A DNA stretch of 64,000 nucleotides from Clostridia bacterium (GTDB lineage Bacteria > Bacillota > Clostridia > Christensenellales > CAG-138): NCBI GenBank assembly GCA_017541305.1, contig JAFXZJ010000055.1:25778-89777 (forward strand), written 5' to 3'. Below are positions 45,389 to 59,944 of the stretch, one piece after another. Each line of letters opens with the position of its first letter. Position 1 is the first letter of the stretch. Below the pieces are notes generated by a model. The model was not told where the DNA came from and did no database searches. It saw only the letters and a list, made by a program, of their open reading frames with translations. The translations under genes and the position numbers were made by a program.

Positions 45389-45991
45389 ATGCGATCAGAT
45401 ACGATCCACGTAACGAACGGAGGCGCCGGCTTCGGCAAGGCGCTTGAGCAGGCGGAGCGCGTTGCGGCGTTCAAGGACCTGACCGAAAAGAGCGCGATGC
45501 ATCTTCGGCTGCTGACCGAAGAGATGATGGGCATAATGCACGCGCTGACCGGCGAAAAGGAAGCCGATTTCTGGATAGATGACGAAGAGGGAGTGTTCTC
45601 GCTGCATCTTACAGCCAAAGCGGAGATGGATTCGGAAATGCGGAAAAAGCTGCTGGCCGTTTCCCAAAGCGGCAAAAACGCCGCCAGGGGCGTAACGGGA
45701 AAGCTGCGAGATCTGTTCGAAAGGTTCATGGCTCCCGGCGATATGAGCGTCGGCCAGTCGCTTGCAGCCGGCTTTTGCTGTGATAACATAGATCTGGAAT
45801 TCGGCATGATGCATTTTATGCCGGATGATTACTGGTCCCTGCGCCGCTACAGCGCTTCACTTGAAAGGGCTTCCGAACCGGATGAAAACTGGGATGAGCT
45901 TGAAAGATCCGTTGTCGCGAACCTTGCGGACGACGTGAGGATCGGCATAAAGGGCCGCGACGTCGAGATCATCATTATCAAGAGATTCTGA
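45389..45991 (+). CDS. Hypothetical 200-aa protein upstream of a STAS protein
   Basis: No recognisable motif; operonic with 46003..46299. Confidence 0.45.
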   Translation: MRSDTIHVTNGGAGFGKALEQAERVAAFKDLTEKSAMHLRLLTEEMMGIMHALTGEKEADFWIDDEEGVFSLHLTAKAEMDSEMRKKLLAVSQSGKNAARGVTGKLRDLFERFMAPGDMSVGQSLAAGFCCDNIDLEFGMMHFMPDDYWSLRRYSASLERASEPDENWDELERSVVANLADDVRIGIKGRDVEIIIIKRF

Positions 45992-46002
45992 AAGGAGCCA
46001 CC

Positions 46003-46299
46003 ATGGAACTGAATTTTGAAAGCAGCAACAGTGCCGCCGTCATCGGCATCACCGGCAGGCTGGACACCGTGACCGCGCCGGAACTGGAGGAGTACATCAA
46101 TTCCAGGCTCGGCGGCGTCGAAACGCTGACGCTTGACTGCGCAGGCCTTGAATACATCTCCTCCGCGGGCCTTCGCGTGCTGCTGCGCACACAGAAGAAA
46201 ATGGCCGCGTGCGGAGAACTGAAGCTGATAAACGTGAGTCCGATAATCATGGAGATCTTCGAGATCACGGGCTTTAATGAGATACTGACGATCGAATGA
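46003..46299 (+). CDS. STAS-domain anti-sigma-factor antagonist (SpoIIAA-like)
   Basis: ...AVIGITGRLDTVTAPELEEYI...LDCAGLEYISSAGLRVLL... STAS signature including the phosphorylatable Ser. Confidence 0.75.
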   Translation: MELNFESSNSAAVIGITGRLDTVTAPELEEYINSRLGGVETLTLDCAGLEYISSAGLRVLLRTQKKMAACGELKLINVSPIIMEIFEITGFNEILTIE

Positions 46300-46481
46300 A
46301 GCCGGGACGGCGGGCATGACCCGCCGGAGGTCCGAGCACTGAATAAGTGATGAGCATCGAGCTCATCGGTAAAGCGTCTGCCCAAAGCATGAAACACGTA
46401 TTTCGAGTTCCCGGTCGCTTCCGTGTATCTGAAACGATAACGGAAGCGGAGCGATTCCGTACAATTATATTCACGCAAAAA

Positions 46482-46508
46482 GCACCGCAAAGAACGGTGC
46501 TTTAATTT
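46482..46508. terminator. Bidirectional hairpin terminator
   Basis: AAGCACCG-CAAAGAA-CGGTGCTT with T-rich flanks, between convergent genes. Confidence 0.45.
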
Positions 46509-46547
46509 ATTCATGTGCCGACTTGGTACTCAGCTCTATGAATGGCG

Positions 46548-48182
46548 TTACAGGTCAGCCGCGGCTTCGATAGCCGTTTCAGGCGCTTGATCCTTTTTGA
46601 TGCATCCGGACTTTTGCGCGCTCATGAGAAGCTCGAGCTGCATGCAGTAGCCGTTCAGTGCGGGCATCAGATATCCCACCGTGGAACCGATGATGACTGC
46701 GAGCGGCATCATGGAAAGATCCGTTCCGCAGGATGAGAACATGATCGGCAAGACCGCAAAGGCCGAGCCTGGGATGGGCGGAGCGGCAATAGCAACAATG
46801 ACCGAAACGAAAACCAGCTTTGCAAGCATAATCGTGTCGACCGACCCTGCGGACATATATGTGAGGACCCAAACTATCGAGCCGAGCATTATCGCGCCGC
46901 AGGGCATATATATGACGATGCCGAGCGGCAGTCCGAAATTGACAAACTTTTCGTCGATACCCCACTTTTGCTTGCAGCATTTCATGCTCTCGGGAAGAGC
47001 CGAAACCTGCGAGCTGGTGGTAAGGTTGATGATAAGCGCCGGAAGCTGTGCGGAGAAAAGCTCTTTGAACGGACGCTTTGTGACGATCAGAGCCCGGACC
47101 AAAGTCACAGCGACGGTAATTGCGGAGGCGCCGAGGCAAATGATGACGATCTTGGATACGCCGCCCAGCTCCGAAAGCTTTCCGCTCAAAAGCAGATTCG
47201 TAAAGCCGAGGTAAACGAACAGCGGAAGCAGCTTGCAGACCGCCGCCATCATACGGTTAACGAGCGTTCCGGCTTCGTCGATGAACGTGCGTAGATGTCC
47301 CACCTTGTCGCCAAGGCCGAGCATGATCACGCCTATGAAGACGGCGATAACTATGACCTGCAGGTCGTTGTCTATACGGAAGGGCTCGATGAGGTTGCCG
47401 GGGATGATATCGAGGATGAGATTTGTGAGGTCGCCGAATACGTTTCCTCCGCCCGCCGATGAGGTCGGGGAGATGATGCCCATTGGCAGACCAACGGCGA
47501 TCATAGCGATCATAGCGATCCCATAGGTCACCATCATTCTTTTCAGGAGTCTTCCGCCGAGTTTTCCAAAAGAGGAAACGTCACCGATCCCGCTTATCCC
47601 AAGAATTACCGCGCAGAACACCAGCGGAGTTGCCAGAGCCGAAAAGACGGCGGAAAGCTTGGTGAACAGCCCCGAAACGAGCGGGATCATATAATCATTA
47701 AGAGCTGCCTCGGGGAGAAGTCCCGATACGAGCCAGGTGACGACCGACAGCACTGCTGCAAGAAGAATCCCGATCAGCATCGAGTTTTTTCGTTTCCTTA
47801 GGGGCGCCGGGACCGTTACGACGTTAAGACCGCGGTTCTGGCGGTAGGCATATTGCGGATCAAGATTGAGTTTGGCAAGAATGCTATACGATAAGCTTGC
47901 TTCCGGATCTGTCTCAAGAGGATTTCGCGGAGCGCCCTTTTGCGACAGTTCAAACGAGATGCTCCCGAACCTGCGAATACCTTTAATGGTGCATGGCTCA
48001 TCTGTTCCGTACAGATCACGAAAACGCAAAAGCAGCTCCTCAATGGTAAGCCGCAGCTTTACCGTGCTTTCCGCTCGTTTGCCGGCGTATTCCCGGTACG
48101 CATTGACGGCATTTTCCGACCATGAATCGATTGCTTCGTTCGTCAGTTTTTTCGTATCCTGAAAGAATATCATTCTCATCAT
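46548..48182 (-). CDS. Dicarboxylate/amino acid:cation symporter (DAACS) family transporter with ~130-aa N-terminal soluble extension
   Basis: Multiple TM helices. C-terminal NFGLPLGIVIYMPCGAIMLG resembles the DAACS PLGATINMDG motif. Confidence 0.65.
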   Translation of the reverse strand: MMRMIFFQDTKKLTNEAIDSWSENAVNAYREYAGKRAESTVKLRLTIEELLLRFRDLYGTDEPCTIKGIRRFGSISFELSQKGAPRNPLETDPEASLSYSILAKLNLDPQYAYRQNRGLNVVTVPAPLRKRKNSMLIGILLAAVLSVVTWLVSGLLPEAALNDYMIPLVSGLFTKLSAVFSALATPLVFCAVILGISGIGDVSSFGKLGGRLLKRMMVTYGIAMIAMIAVGLPMGIISPTSSAGGGNVFGDLTNLILDIIPGNLIEPFRIDNDLQVIVIAVFIGVIMLGLGDKVGHLRTFIDEAGTLVNRMMAAVCKLLPLFVYLGFTNLLLSGKLSELGGVSKIVIICLGASAITVAVTLVRALIVTKRPFKELFSAQLPALIINLTTSSQVSALPESMKCCKQKWGIDEKFVNFGLPLGIVIYMPCGAIMLGSIVWVLTYMSAGSVDTIMLAKLVFVSVIVAIAAPPIPGSAFAVLPIMFSSCGTDLSMMPLAVIIGSTVGYLMPALNGYCMQLELLMSAQKSGCIKKDQAPETAIEAAADL

Positions 48183-48344
48183 CCTCGCTTTCCGAATTCT
48201 TTATATTATAACGCCGTGTCCAGCAAATGTCCAACAAACACGGGCGGCTTCAAAATAATTTGGGAAGTTATGCGAAAAAGCGGCGGAAGCAATTCCGCTG
48301 CCGGGTGGTTTAGAGCCTTATCGGCAACACGTACTGTCACAACT

Positions 48345-48911
48345 TTATTTGCGGAATCTTCTTTCGATCTCCTCTTCGCATTCGCGCAATATTTCCTCGA
48401 CCGGGGCGCCTTCAATATCGAGCCCGACGGCCTTTATCAGCTCAACGGTCTCGATCCCGTAGAAATTCTGCGCAAGCGCCCTGACGTATCCAAACCCGTA
48501 TTCCTCCGGGAAGAAGTCCCCTCCGGCTGTCGTGACGTAATACAGCTTCTTCGCACGGCACATTCCGACCGGCACGCCCTCCGGCGTGTATCGGAAGGTT
48601 ATACCGACCACGTTGATCTGCTCAAAATAGGTCTTAAATGCCGCCGGGAACGAGAGATCCCAGAACGGAGCGGCGATAACGATCGCATCCGCTTGTACAA
48701 ACTGCCTTGCATAGCCGAACATCGGATCCGCAAGATCCCCTTCCTGCAAAAGACGGTCCCGTTTTTGAAGGAAAGCCTCGTCGACCTTCGGAAAATCGCA
48801 TTTTTCAAGGTTTACGTGCTCGTAAGCACCGCCGAGAACATCAAGCAGGCGGAGCGCGAGTCGCCTCGTCCGGGAGGCTTCACGAACACAGGCGTCAATG
48901 AAAAGTATCAT
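48345..48911 (-). CDS. FMN-dependent NAD(P)H oxidoreductase (azoreductase/flavodoxin_2-like)
   Basis: IVIAAPFWDLSFPAAFKTYFEQINVVGITFRYTPEG...YYVTTAGG parallels AzoR IVIAAPMYNF...GVTFRYTENG...ITSRGG. Confidence 0.7.
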   Translation of the reverse strand: MILFIDACVREASRTRRLALRLLDVLGGAYEHVNLEKCDFPKVDEAFLQKRDRLLQEGDLADPMFGYARQFVQADAIVIAAPFWDLSFPAAFKTYFEQINVVGITFRYTPEGVPVGMCRAKKLYYVTTAGGDFFPEEYGFGYVRALAQNFYGIETVELIKAVGLDIEGAPVEEILRECEEEIERRFRK

Positions 48912-48939
48912 TTTTCAGCTCCTTTGACTTTACCGGGCT

Positions 48940-50076
48940 TTACTTCCCCAGCCTTGCGGTCAGCGCATCGAGCTGTTCGCGGCTGAGCCCGATCGAAAGC
49001 AGGTATTCTGCTGCTGCTTCCTTCATGTCGGCCGTCTCAAGATCGTACTTTCCAAACAGAGCGGAAAGCGTCTTAATAAGGTTGTTCCTGAGGATGATCG
49101 CATACGTTGCGTCGTCGGGCCCGACGTGATAAAAGTTTCGGTAAGTGAGCATATAATCTGCCGCGACCTCATCATAGTCTGCGCCGACGAAGCATTCGAG
49201 GATCGCGCACAGGATGCCGCTGCGGTCCTTGCCCTCCTTGCAGTGGATAAGATACGGTCCGTCGTTCCCGATGATAAACAGCACGCACTCCCGGACCTTT
49301 TCGCCGAACTCCGCCGAGGCGAAATCATAGCTCATTTCGATATTTGCTATCGTACAATCGCTGTAATAGCTTCCGGGGAAAGTATCGAACTCATTCATCC
49401 CGTCAGCCGGGTCGCCGAGGTTTATCACCGATCGGATCCCCGCTTTTTCCATCGCCTGCATGGCGAACTCGTTCCTGCCGAGATCCGGATCGATCGGCGA
49501 GCTGCTGCGATAGAGAACGCCTTCCCTCATTCCCGAGACCGCGACCGCTCTGAAATTGGCATAATCCTCGTCCGAAAGATCGGCGTAATCGTCGCGATCG
49601 TTCGTCCTCTCAAGGTTGCGGGCGTTGTATTCGTCAAGATAGCCGCGCTTTTCCTTCAGCGCAACAGCGACCTCGGTGACGGACTGATCCCATTCGTAGC
49701 CCGGATCCTCTTCGATCGTCCGCTTTTCGCCGATACCGGTTTCCTGAGCGAACGACCCCATATTGATCGCGAGGGTGATATCGTCGTCCTCGGGATCGTA
49801 TCTCATTATCATACACCCGGCGTCGACGTCGGTGTAGGACGTTCCGACTGGAAGCGCATATTCCCGGTCCGCGATCTTCACGGTGACGATATCGCCGATT
49901 TCAATTCCGTTTGCCTTCAACTCGTCGAACGTCGTGTCCAGCATCACGTTTCCGGACTTCTTGATGTTCGCGATCTCCACGACAAAGGGCTTAGCGGCTT
50001 TATTGCAGCCCGAAAACAAAAGCAGCACGGACATGGCAGCAAGCAGGATGCAAATGGCCTGTTTGAACGTTTTCAC
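48940..50076 (-). CDS. Lipoprotein with protein-tyrosine-phosphatase-like CX5R domain
   Basis: Signal peptide plus lipobox LLFSGCNKA. P-loop HCKEGKDRSG (CX5R). Confidence 0.6.
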   Translation of the reverse strand: MKTFKQAICILLAAMSVLLLFSGCNKAAKPFVVEIANIKKSGNVMLDTTFDELKANGIEIGDIVTVKIADREYALPVGTSYTDVDAGCMIMRYDPEDDDITLAINMGSFAQETGIGEKRTIEEDPGYEWDQSVTEVAVALKEKRGYLDEYNARNLERTNDRDDYADLSDEDYANFRAVAVSGMREGVLYRSSSPIDPDLGRNEFAMQAMEKAGIRSVINLGDPADGMNEFDTFPGSYYSDCTIANIEMSYDFASAEFGEKVRECVLFIIGNDGPYLIHCKEGKDRSGILCAILECFVGADYDEVAADYMLTYRNFYHVGPDDATYAIILRNNLIKTLSALFGKYDLETADMKEAAAEYLLSIGLSREQLDALTARLGK

Positions 50077-50428
50077 AGCGAAACACCTCAGCTAAATTAT
50101 TACTGACGTTATTATACCGTTTTTAATGCTTCCGCACAAGAGAAAACAAGGCGGAGTTTTACTGCGGATGCTTACTGCATCAGTGTTAACTGCAAAAGGT
50201 TCTTTACCGCGACGCGGCATAGGGTCAGAGGGCACAGCCCTTGCAAGCGGCCGTTTGGGTATAAAAAGGCGATGCTTGCAGGGACATTAACCCATCGGTA
50301 ATTCATATGGCCTCGCAGAGCGCAAAGCACTTTTGATGGACTTGCTCCGTCAAAAGTGCTTTTGCGTTACTTTCGCAGAAAGTAACAAAGGCATTAACCG
50401 GGTTGTTGGTAGCTTTATCAGATTCACG

Positions 50429-50992
50429 TCAGCAACCGTATTCGTAGTAGTCGGGAACAGTCATGCTTTTGAGGAATTTGCTGTTTGCGGTGATCGGCGA
50501 ATCTCCGAGCTCATAGCCCTTTTCTTTCATGAGCCTTGCCTTGAAATCAAGAAACTCAGCCGGAACGTTCAAGGATGAAGCGGCCTGGGAGAAAGACTGA
50601 CCATCATCCAACGCGCCGAAGAAATCATCGTCGGAGATCAGGAGTTCCGATGCGAAGAGGTTCGCTTCCTTTTCACAGCGGCTGCTTTCGTCAAAAAGTG
50701 CAAGCTCATGGAAAGCGTGCATGCCCGAATCGGCGTGCAACATAGCGTGCCCGAGCTCATGTGCGGTAATTATGCGCTGTATCATGTAGGGAAGATCGGA
50801 GTTGACCGTGATCACTTTGATGCGGTTGCTTTTGACGAAAAAACCCTTTATCGCATCTTTGCCCTTGCCCATAGGGGAACAGCATACCGGGATGCCGAGG
50901 AGAGAACACAAAGCAAAGGGATCCGTCTCGCCGCATTTCGCTTTGAGCTTTGCGACAGAACGAACGATGTTATCGCATGCCATTATCTTCAC
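50429..50992 (-). CDS. ImmA/IrrE-family metallopeptidase (DUF955)
   Basis: HELGHAMLH HEXXH motif. Gene lies immediately downstream of an XRE regulator gene. Confidence 0.7.
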   Translation of the reverse strand: MKIMACDNIVRSVAKLKAKCGETDPFALCSLLGIPVCCSPMGKGKDAIKGFFVKSNRIKVITVNSDLPYMIQRIITAHELGHAMLHADSGMHAFHELALFDESSRCEKEANLFASELLISDDDFFGALDDGQSFSQAASSLNVPAEFLDFKARLMKEKGYELGDSPITANSKFLKSMTVPDYYEYGC

Positions 50993-51093
50993 CCCTTTCG
51001 CATAGGTTATCCGCCGATATTATACTGCATTCTTCCAGATCTGCAATACAAAAAATGGTACTCACTTACCGACTGGACAAATATATCCGAAGA

Positions 51094-51528
51094 TCAATCC
51101 TGATCCTTTTTGCCGAACTTCCTTCGCGCCTCTTCCTTGCAGGTGATGTATGCCTTCATGACGGCTTCAAAGAATGCGTCCTTCTGCTCCTGTGAAAGCT
51201 CACCGCCTGCAAACAGAGCTGTATTGGCGGACAGTAGCTCATCCATATTCTTTGCTCCTGCGGCTCCGTAACGCTCTCGAGCTTCGGCGATGTAATCGTC
51301 CTTTTCGATATCCGCCATAGGATCCTCGCATTCATCATCGGAAAGGAATTTGACCGAAACACCCAAAGCCTTTGCCAGCTTCAGCATAGAAGCCGGGCGG
51401 GGCTTTTTTTCGCCCTTCTCATATGCGATCACGGAACGGACCGATAAGCCAATCTTCTTGCCAAGCTGCGGTTGAGAGATTCCGAGGGATACCCTCGCTT
51501 CCTTCACTTTCTCAGAAAAGGTCTTCAT
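51094..51528 (-). CDS. XRE-family HTH transcriptional regulator
   Basis: KEARVSLGISQPQLGKKIGLSVRSVIAYEKGEKKP HTH_3 motif. Confidence 0.8.
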   Translation of the reverse strand: MKTFSEKVKEARVSLGISQPQLGKKIGLSVRSVIAYEKGEKKPRPASMLKLAKALGVSVKFLSDDECEDPMADIEKDDYIAEARERYGAAGAKNMDELLSANTALFAGGELSQEQKDAFFEAVMKAYITCKEEARRKFGKKDQD

Positions 51529-51573
51529 TGGAACACCACCTTATAATTATTCATAAAAGTTCAATGAACCCTA

Positions 51574-51602
51574 TTGACATTAGTTCAACACAGTGATACA
51601 AT
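51574..51602 (+). promoter_or_regulatory. Perfect sigma-70 promoter driving the mobC-parB-int operon
   Basis: TTGACA-17nt-TACAAT. GTTCA/TGAAC half-sites nearby are possible XRE operators. Confidence 0.5.
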
Positions 51603-51699
51603 CACGCATGAACAATATTGAACTATCATGCATATTATACTTGAACCGCAGCCCCGTGTCAAGCGTAAATGCAAAAAAGTTCACCGGTTTATTCGAGGG

Positions 51700-51860
51700 A
51701 GTCCCTGCAAGCATCGCCTTTGTCATGACAAAGGCCGCTTGCGTTCGGACTTGCAAGCATCGCCTTTGTGTTCACAAAGTCTGCATGCGTGCAATTGTCC
51801 TTGCAAGCATGGGATTTGTGTCCCCAAATCCGCTTGTCGAGGCACGCCCCAAGCCCCTAT
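51700..51860 (+). repeat. Three tandem imperfect palindromes (CTTGCAAGCATCGCCTTTGT..ACAAAGGC..GCTTGC), oriT/operator-like
   Basis: Repeated hairpin-forming units in the leader of mobC. An inverted homologous copy lies at 58389-58450 and another unit at 59790-59835. Confidence 0.55.
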
Positions 51861-51903
51861 TCCGCACAGCGAGAGAGAGAATGATGATCAAACGGAGGTA
51901 TAA

Positions 51904-52224
51904 ATGAGAAACCGAGAGTATGACATGCACCTGCGTCTGAACGAAGCGGAGTACCGCAAGCTCGGCGAGCTGGCACAAAAAGCGGGAGTCACCCGATCTG
52001 TAGTGCTGCGAAAAATGATCGTGGGCACGGAGATCAAGGAACGTCCTAACGTCGATTTCATTGATCTGGTCAGCACGATCGACCATCTGTGCATAAACGT
52101 GAACCAGATCGCGCATCACGCAAACGTGCAGGGCGGTATCACCGCAGAGGAGGCCACTGAAGCAAAACGGTTGGTGACGGAGATCAGAAAAAGGCTTTAC
52201 TTGAAAAAGGACATTTGGATGTGA
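51904..52224 (+). CDS. mobC: MobC-family relaxosome accessory protein (RHH)
   Basis: MRNREYDMHLRLNEAEYRKLGELAQKAGVTRSVVLRK... About 88% identical to the minus-strand copy at 58033..58353. Confidence 0.7.
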   Translation: MRNREYDMHLRLNEAEYRKLGELAQKAGVTRSVVLRKMIVGTEIKERPNVDFIDLVSTIDHLCINVNQIAHHANVQGGITAEEATEAKRLVTEIRKRLYLKKDIWM

Positions 52225-53070
52225 AGGAATTGAAAGAAATAAGGATCTGTGATTTGAAGCCCTTTGAGGAACACCCTTACAAGGTGCTTGACAATGAAGA
52301 GATGGACGCATTGGTAGAAAGCATCTTGGAACACGGGATAATGACACCACTGATCGTACGGCGGGTCGGTAACGGTTACGAGATCATATCCGGGCACAGG
52401 CGCGCGCATGCGGCAGAATTGGCGGGACTGGAGACTGTTCCGGCGATCGAGATGGATATGACAAAGGATGAGGCAGAGGTTGCTCTTGTTGACAGTAATC
52501 TTCACCGCGAACATCTGCTGCCGAGCGAAAAGGCGTTTGCTTACAAGCTCAAACTCGAAGCTCTGTCCCGTCAGGGCAGGCGGACGGACTTAACTTCGGG
52601 ACAAGTTGTCCCGAAGTCAGATGGCAACCGAACGACTGCTGTCATCGGGGGGCAGACTGGTGAAAGCTACAAGACCGTGCAGCGCTACATCCGCCTCACA
52701 CACCTTATCCCCGCTCTTCTCGATATGGTAGATGACGGACGTATCGCGTTTTCCGTCGGTGTTGAACTTTCATTCCTTGACAGCGATCTGCAGGCAGCGC
52801 TCATGACCGCTATTGATCTGAACGACTGTACGCCGTCATATGCCCAGGCCTGCCGGATGCACAAGGCCGTGAACGACGGCTCTATCAGCGAGGAAATGAT
52901 CGATAAAATCATGGCGGAAGAAAAGCCGAATCAGAAGGAAAAGGTCAGCATATCCGCGGATGAGCTTCGCGGGTACGTGCCAAACGGCACTCCATCCGAG
53001 ATGAAGGCGTTTATCAGAAAAGCATGTGAGCATTATTCGGATTATCTCAAGCGAAAGGAGCGTAATAGCG

Positions 53071-53084
<14 letters not shown>
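52215..53084 (+). CDS. ParB/Srx N-terminal domain nuclease-like protein
   Basis: GHRRAHAAELAGL motif. About 93% identical to 57179..58057. Confidence 0.8.
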
Positions 53085-55009
<1,925 letters not shown>

Positions 55010-55158
55010 AAACGGTGCAGGCATTAACCGCCTGCACCAACCCTCAAAAAGTATCCTTATACGGAATGCCCCGTGTTGCTTTCGCCCGCCCCGGGTTTTG
55101 ATCCCTGCCCGTTTTGCGCAGCACGAAGTGCAAGCTAAACGTGGCAATAGGGTCAAAA

Positions 55159-55179
55159 CAAATCCCTCCATCTGCACCA
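55159..55179 (+). repeat. Direct repeat of the tRNA-Leu 3' end (att-like), 21/21 identical to 27340-27360
   Basis: CAAATCCCTCCATCTGCACCA. Flanked on both sides by convergent serine recombinase genes. Confidence 0.6.
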
Positions 55180-55180
55180 T

Positions 55181-55226
55181 AGCGAGTATTGACAACGGAT
55201 TTCAGTCAATACTCGCTTTTCTTTTG
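55181..55226 (+). terminator. Hairpin terminator
   Basis: AGCGAGTATTGAC-loop-GTCAATACTCGCT followed by TTTCTTTTG. Confidence 0.5.
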
Positions 55227-55236
55227 CCTAAAATGC

Positions 55237-57178
<1,942 letters not shown>

Positions 57179-57182
<4 letters not shown>

Positions 57183-58057
57183 CTTACTTCCTCACGCTTC
57201 CGCTTGAGATAATCCGAGTAGTGTTCACAGGCCTTGCGGATAAACGCCTTCATCTCGGAGGGCGTGCCGTTTGGAATATAACCGCGAAGCTCATCCGCGT
57301 AGATGCTGATCTTCTCCTTCTGATTCGGTTTTTCCTCGGCCATGATCTTATCGATCATTTCCTCGCTGATAGTCCCGTCGTTCACGGCCTTGTGCATACG
57401 GCATGCCTGGGCATATGACGGCGTGCAGTCGTTCAGATCAATAGCAGTCATGAGCGCGGCCTGCAGATCGCTGTCAAGGAAGGAGAGTTCAACGCCTACG
57501 GAGAACGCGATGCGCTGATCATCGACCATATCAAGCAGGGCGGGGATAAGGTGTGTGAGACGTATGTAGCGCTGCACGGTCTTGTAGCTTTCACCGGTCT
57601 GCTCCCCGATGACAGCAGTCGTTCGGTTGCCATCCGACTTCGGGACAACTTGTACCGAAGCTAAATCCGTTCTCTTGCCCTGACGGGATAGAGCTTCGAG
57701 TCTAAGCTTGTAAGCAAACGCCTTTTCGCTCGGCAGCAGATGTTCGCGGTGAAGATTACTGTCAACAAGAGCTACGGCGGCCTCATCCTTTGTCATATCC
57801 ATCTCGATCGCCGGAACAGTCTCCAGTCCCGCCAATTCCGCCGCATGCGCACGCCTGTGCCCGGATACGATCTCATACTTGTTATCACCAATTCGCCGCA
57901 CGATCAGCGGCGTCATTATCCCGTGTTCCCGGATGCTCTCCGCCAGAGCGTCCATTTCTTCATTGTCGATCACCTTGTACGGGTGCCCCTCAAAGGGCCT
58001 CAAATCACTTATCCTTATTTCTTTCAATTCCTTCACATCCATATCTCCTTTTTCCAA
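57179..58057 (-). CDS. ParB/Srx N-terminal domain protein (mirror copy)
   Basis: GHRRAHAAELAGL motif. About 93% identical to 52215..53084. Confidence 0.8.
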
Positions 58058-58353
58058 TATAGCCTTTTCCTGATCTCCATTACCAATCGCTTTGCCTCGG
58101 CTGCTTCCTCCGCGGTGATACCGCCCTGCATGTTCGCGTGATGCGCGATCTGGTTGACGTTTATCGCCAGATGGTCGATCGACTGAATAAGTTCGATGAA
58201 ATCGACGTTCGGACGTTCCTTTATCTCCGTGCCCATTATGAACTTTCGCAGCACAACCGATCGGGTAACGCCCGCTTTCTGTGCCAGCTCGCCGAGCTTG
58301 CGGTACTCCGCTTCGTTCAGCCGCAGGTGCATGTCGTACTCTCGTTTTCTCAT
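58033..58353 (-). CDS. mobC: MobC-family relaxosome accessory protein (mirror copy)
   Basis: About 88% identical to 51904..52224. Confidence 0.7.
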   Translation of the reverse strand: MRKREYDMHLRLNEAEYRKLGELAQKAGVTRSVVLRKFIMGTEIKERPNVDFIELIQSIDHLAINVNQIAHHANMQGGITAEEAAEAKRLVMEIRKRLYWKKEIWM

Positions 58354-58745
58354 TTATACCTCCGTTTATTTATCGTTCTTCCTACCGCTGTGCGGCATAG
58401 GGGCTTGGGGCTTGCCTCAACAAGCGGATTTGGGGACACAAATCCCATGCTTGCGGGGACAATCACGGGTCATATGCATGGCATCACGGCGGCATCACCG
58501 TTCTGCCCTGTGATGCCAAAAACGGCGTGTTTGGCACCATGCTCTTCAAGGCATTTAGTGTAAATAAAGAGGCTCCCGACGATAGACCTATCCCGTGTGG
58601 GGTAGGCTATCTGTCGGAAGCCTCTTGGTTCAATGCCAAGTCCGATCCCATAACAGATCTTACCGCTGCGGCCGGCGACCCTGACGGTTCATGCCGAATC
58701 CGACGCTTCATGCGCAGCGGAGTTTGTATTCAATTGTTTTTCATG

Positions 58746-58931
58746 TCACGCCCGTTTTCTTTCCCGCTCCCTGCGGAGAAGCTCGACCTCCACGCGGCTG
58801 TTCTCGTCCACGCTTATATGAAGATCGGCTCCGCACTTGGGGCAGTTCAATTCCATTCCGTCACAAGTTTTCGCCTTGCAGATATGCTTGCCGCATTTCG
58901 GACAGCAAGCGTACAGCATAACGTCTTCCAA
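58746..58931 (-). CDS. Small double zinc-ribbon protein (61 aa)
   Basis: CPKCGK...CPKCGADL. Confidence 0.4.
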   Translation of the reverse strand: MEDVMLYACCPKCGKHICKAKTCDGMELNCPKCGADLHISVDENSRVEVELLRRERERKRA

Positions 58932-58945
58932 TTCTTCTTGCCTCC

Positions 58946-59542
58946 TTAAGTCAGATCCTTGAATACACTCACCGCGACGCCCTGTATCTCACAGGAGTCG
59001 ACGTAAATATCCTCCAGCCTGCTGTTTTCCGGGTGGAGTCTTATCCGGTGCTTCCCGGGCTCGGGGTAATAGCGCTTGAGTGTTGCTTCATCCTCGATGA
59101 GAGCGACGACTATCTGCCCGGGCTCGGCGGTATCCTGTTTCCTGACGAGCACCATATCTCCGTCGTCGATACCGGCCTCGATCATACTTTCGCCGTTGGC
59201 ATACAGCAGATAGAAGGGGCCCTCTCCAAACAGTGACACCGGGAGCTTGACGTATCCCTCGATATTCTCCTCCGCAAGCTTAGGCAGCCCGCAGGCGACG
59301 CGGCCGGGGATTCCGACTCTCGTGACGCGAGGATCATCCTTCGCCGCACGGACGTTCCTTACTCCGGAATACTCCAGTATGCCGTCCCGGTTCATCTGGC
59401 TGATGTACCGATACACCGTAGGCTTGGAGCTTCCGACGCCGTCGGCGATCTCCTGCATCGAAGGGGAATAGCCGTGCCTGTCCGCATATTCGCAAACGAA
59501 CCGCTCTATTGCAGCCATTAGCGTCTTATCCTTGCTTCTCAT
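58946..59542 (-). CDS. lexA: LexA-like repressor (S24 peptidase with N-terminal winged HTH)
   Basis: HTH SMQEIADGVGSSKPTVYRYISQM. S24 motifs GESM (Ser) and LKRY (Lys). GGAGGTGG RBS before ATG at 59542. Confidence 0.75.
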   Translation of the reverse strand: MRSKDKTLMAAIERFVCEYADRHGYSPSMQEIADGVGSSKPTVYRYISQMNRDGILEYSGVRNVRAAKDDPRVTRVGIPGRVACGLPKLAEENIEGYVKLPVSLFGEGPFYLLYANGESMIEAGIDDGDMVLVRKQDTAEPGQIVVALIEDEATLKRYYPEPGKHRIRLHPENSRLEDIYVDSCEIQGVAVSVFKDLT

Positions 59543-59944
59543 GCCACCTCCGATTAAATAAAACATATGTTTCATTACCACACATATTATGCATACCCCG
59601 ATCTTCACTGTCAATACCTTTTTGAAAACTTTTTTGCGAAATGACAATTTTGTCGCGCGATACACAGAACTCGTTTCTTTCGGTATTGTCCTGTGGCATC
59701 AAAAACATATGAAAATGGCATCACGGAAAGGCGTTTATCCAAACCGTGATGCCATGTTCATTTTCAACTATTCCCAGTTTTCCCTGCGGTTAATGTCCTT
59801 GCAAGCATCGCCTTTCTATACCCAAAAGGCCGCTTGATAGAGGTTAGCCCCCTTGGACCCGATGCCGCAGGAGCGGGTTAAAGTACTTTTCAATTACAGT
59901 AACAGCCTATACCAGCAAATGCAACCAACAAATTTATGCTGCAT

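Noticed and set aside
51593-51907. ORFs 51593..51907 and 51628..51903
   Set aside because: They lie over the palindromic repeat region (Cys/His-rich translation of hairpin DNA). This region is more likely a regulatory or oriT leader of mobC.
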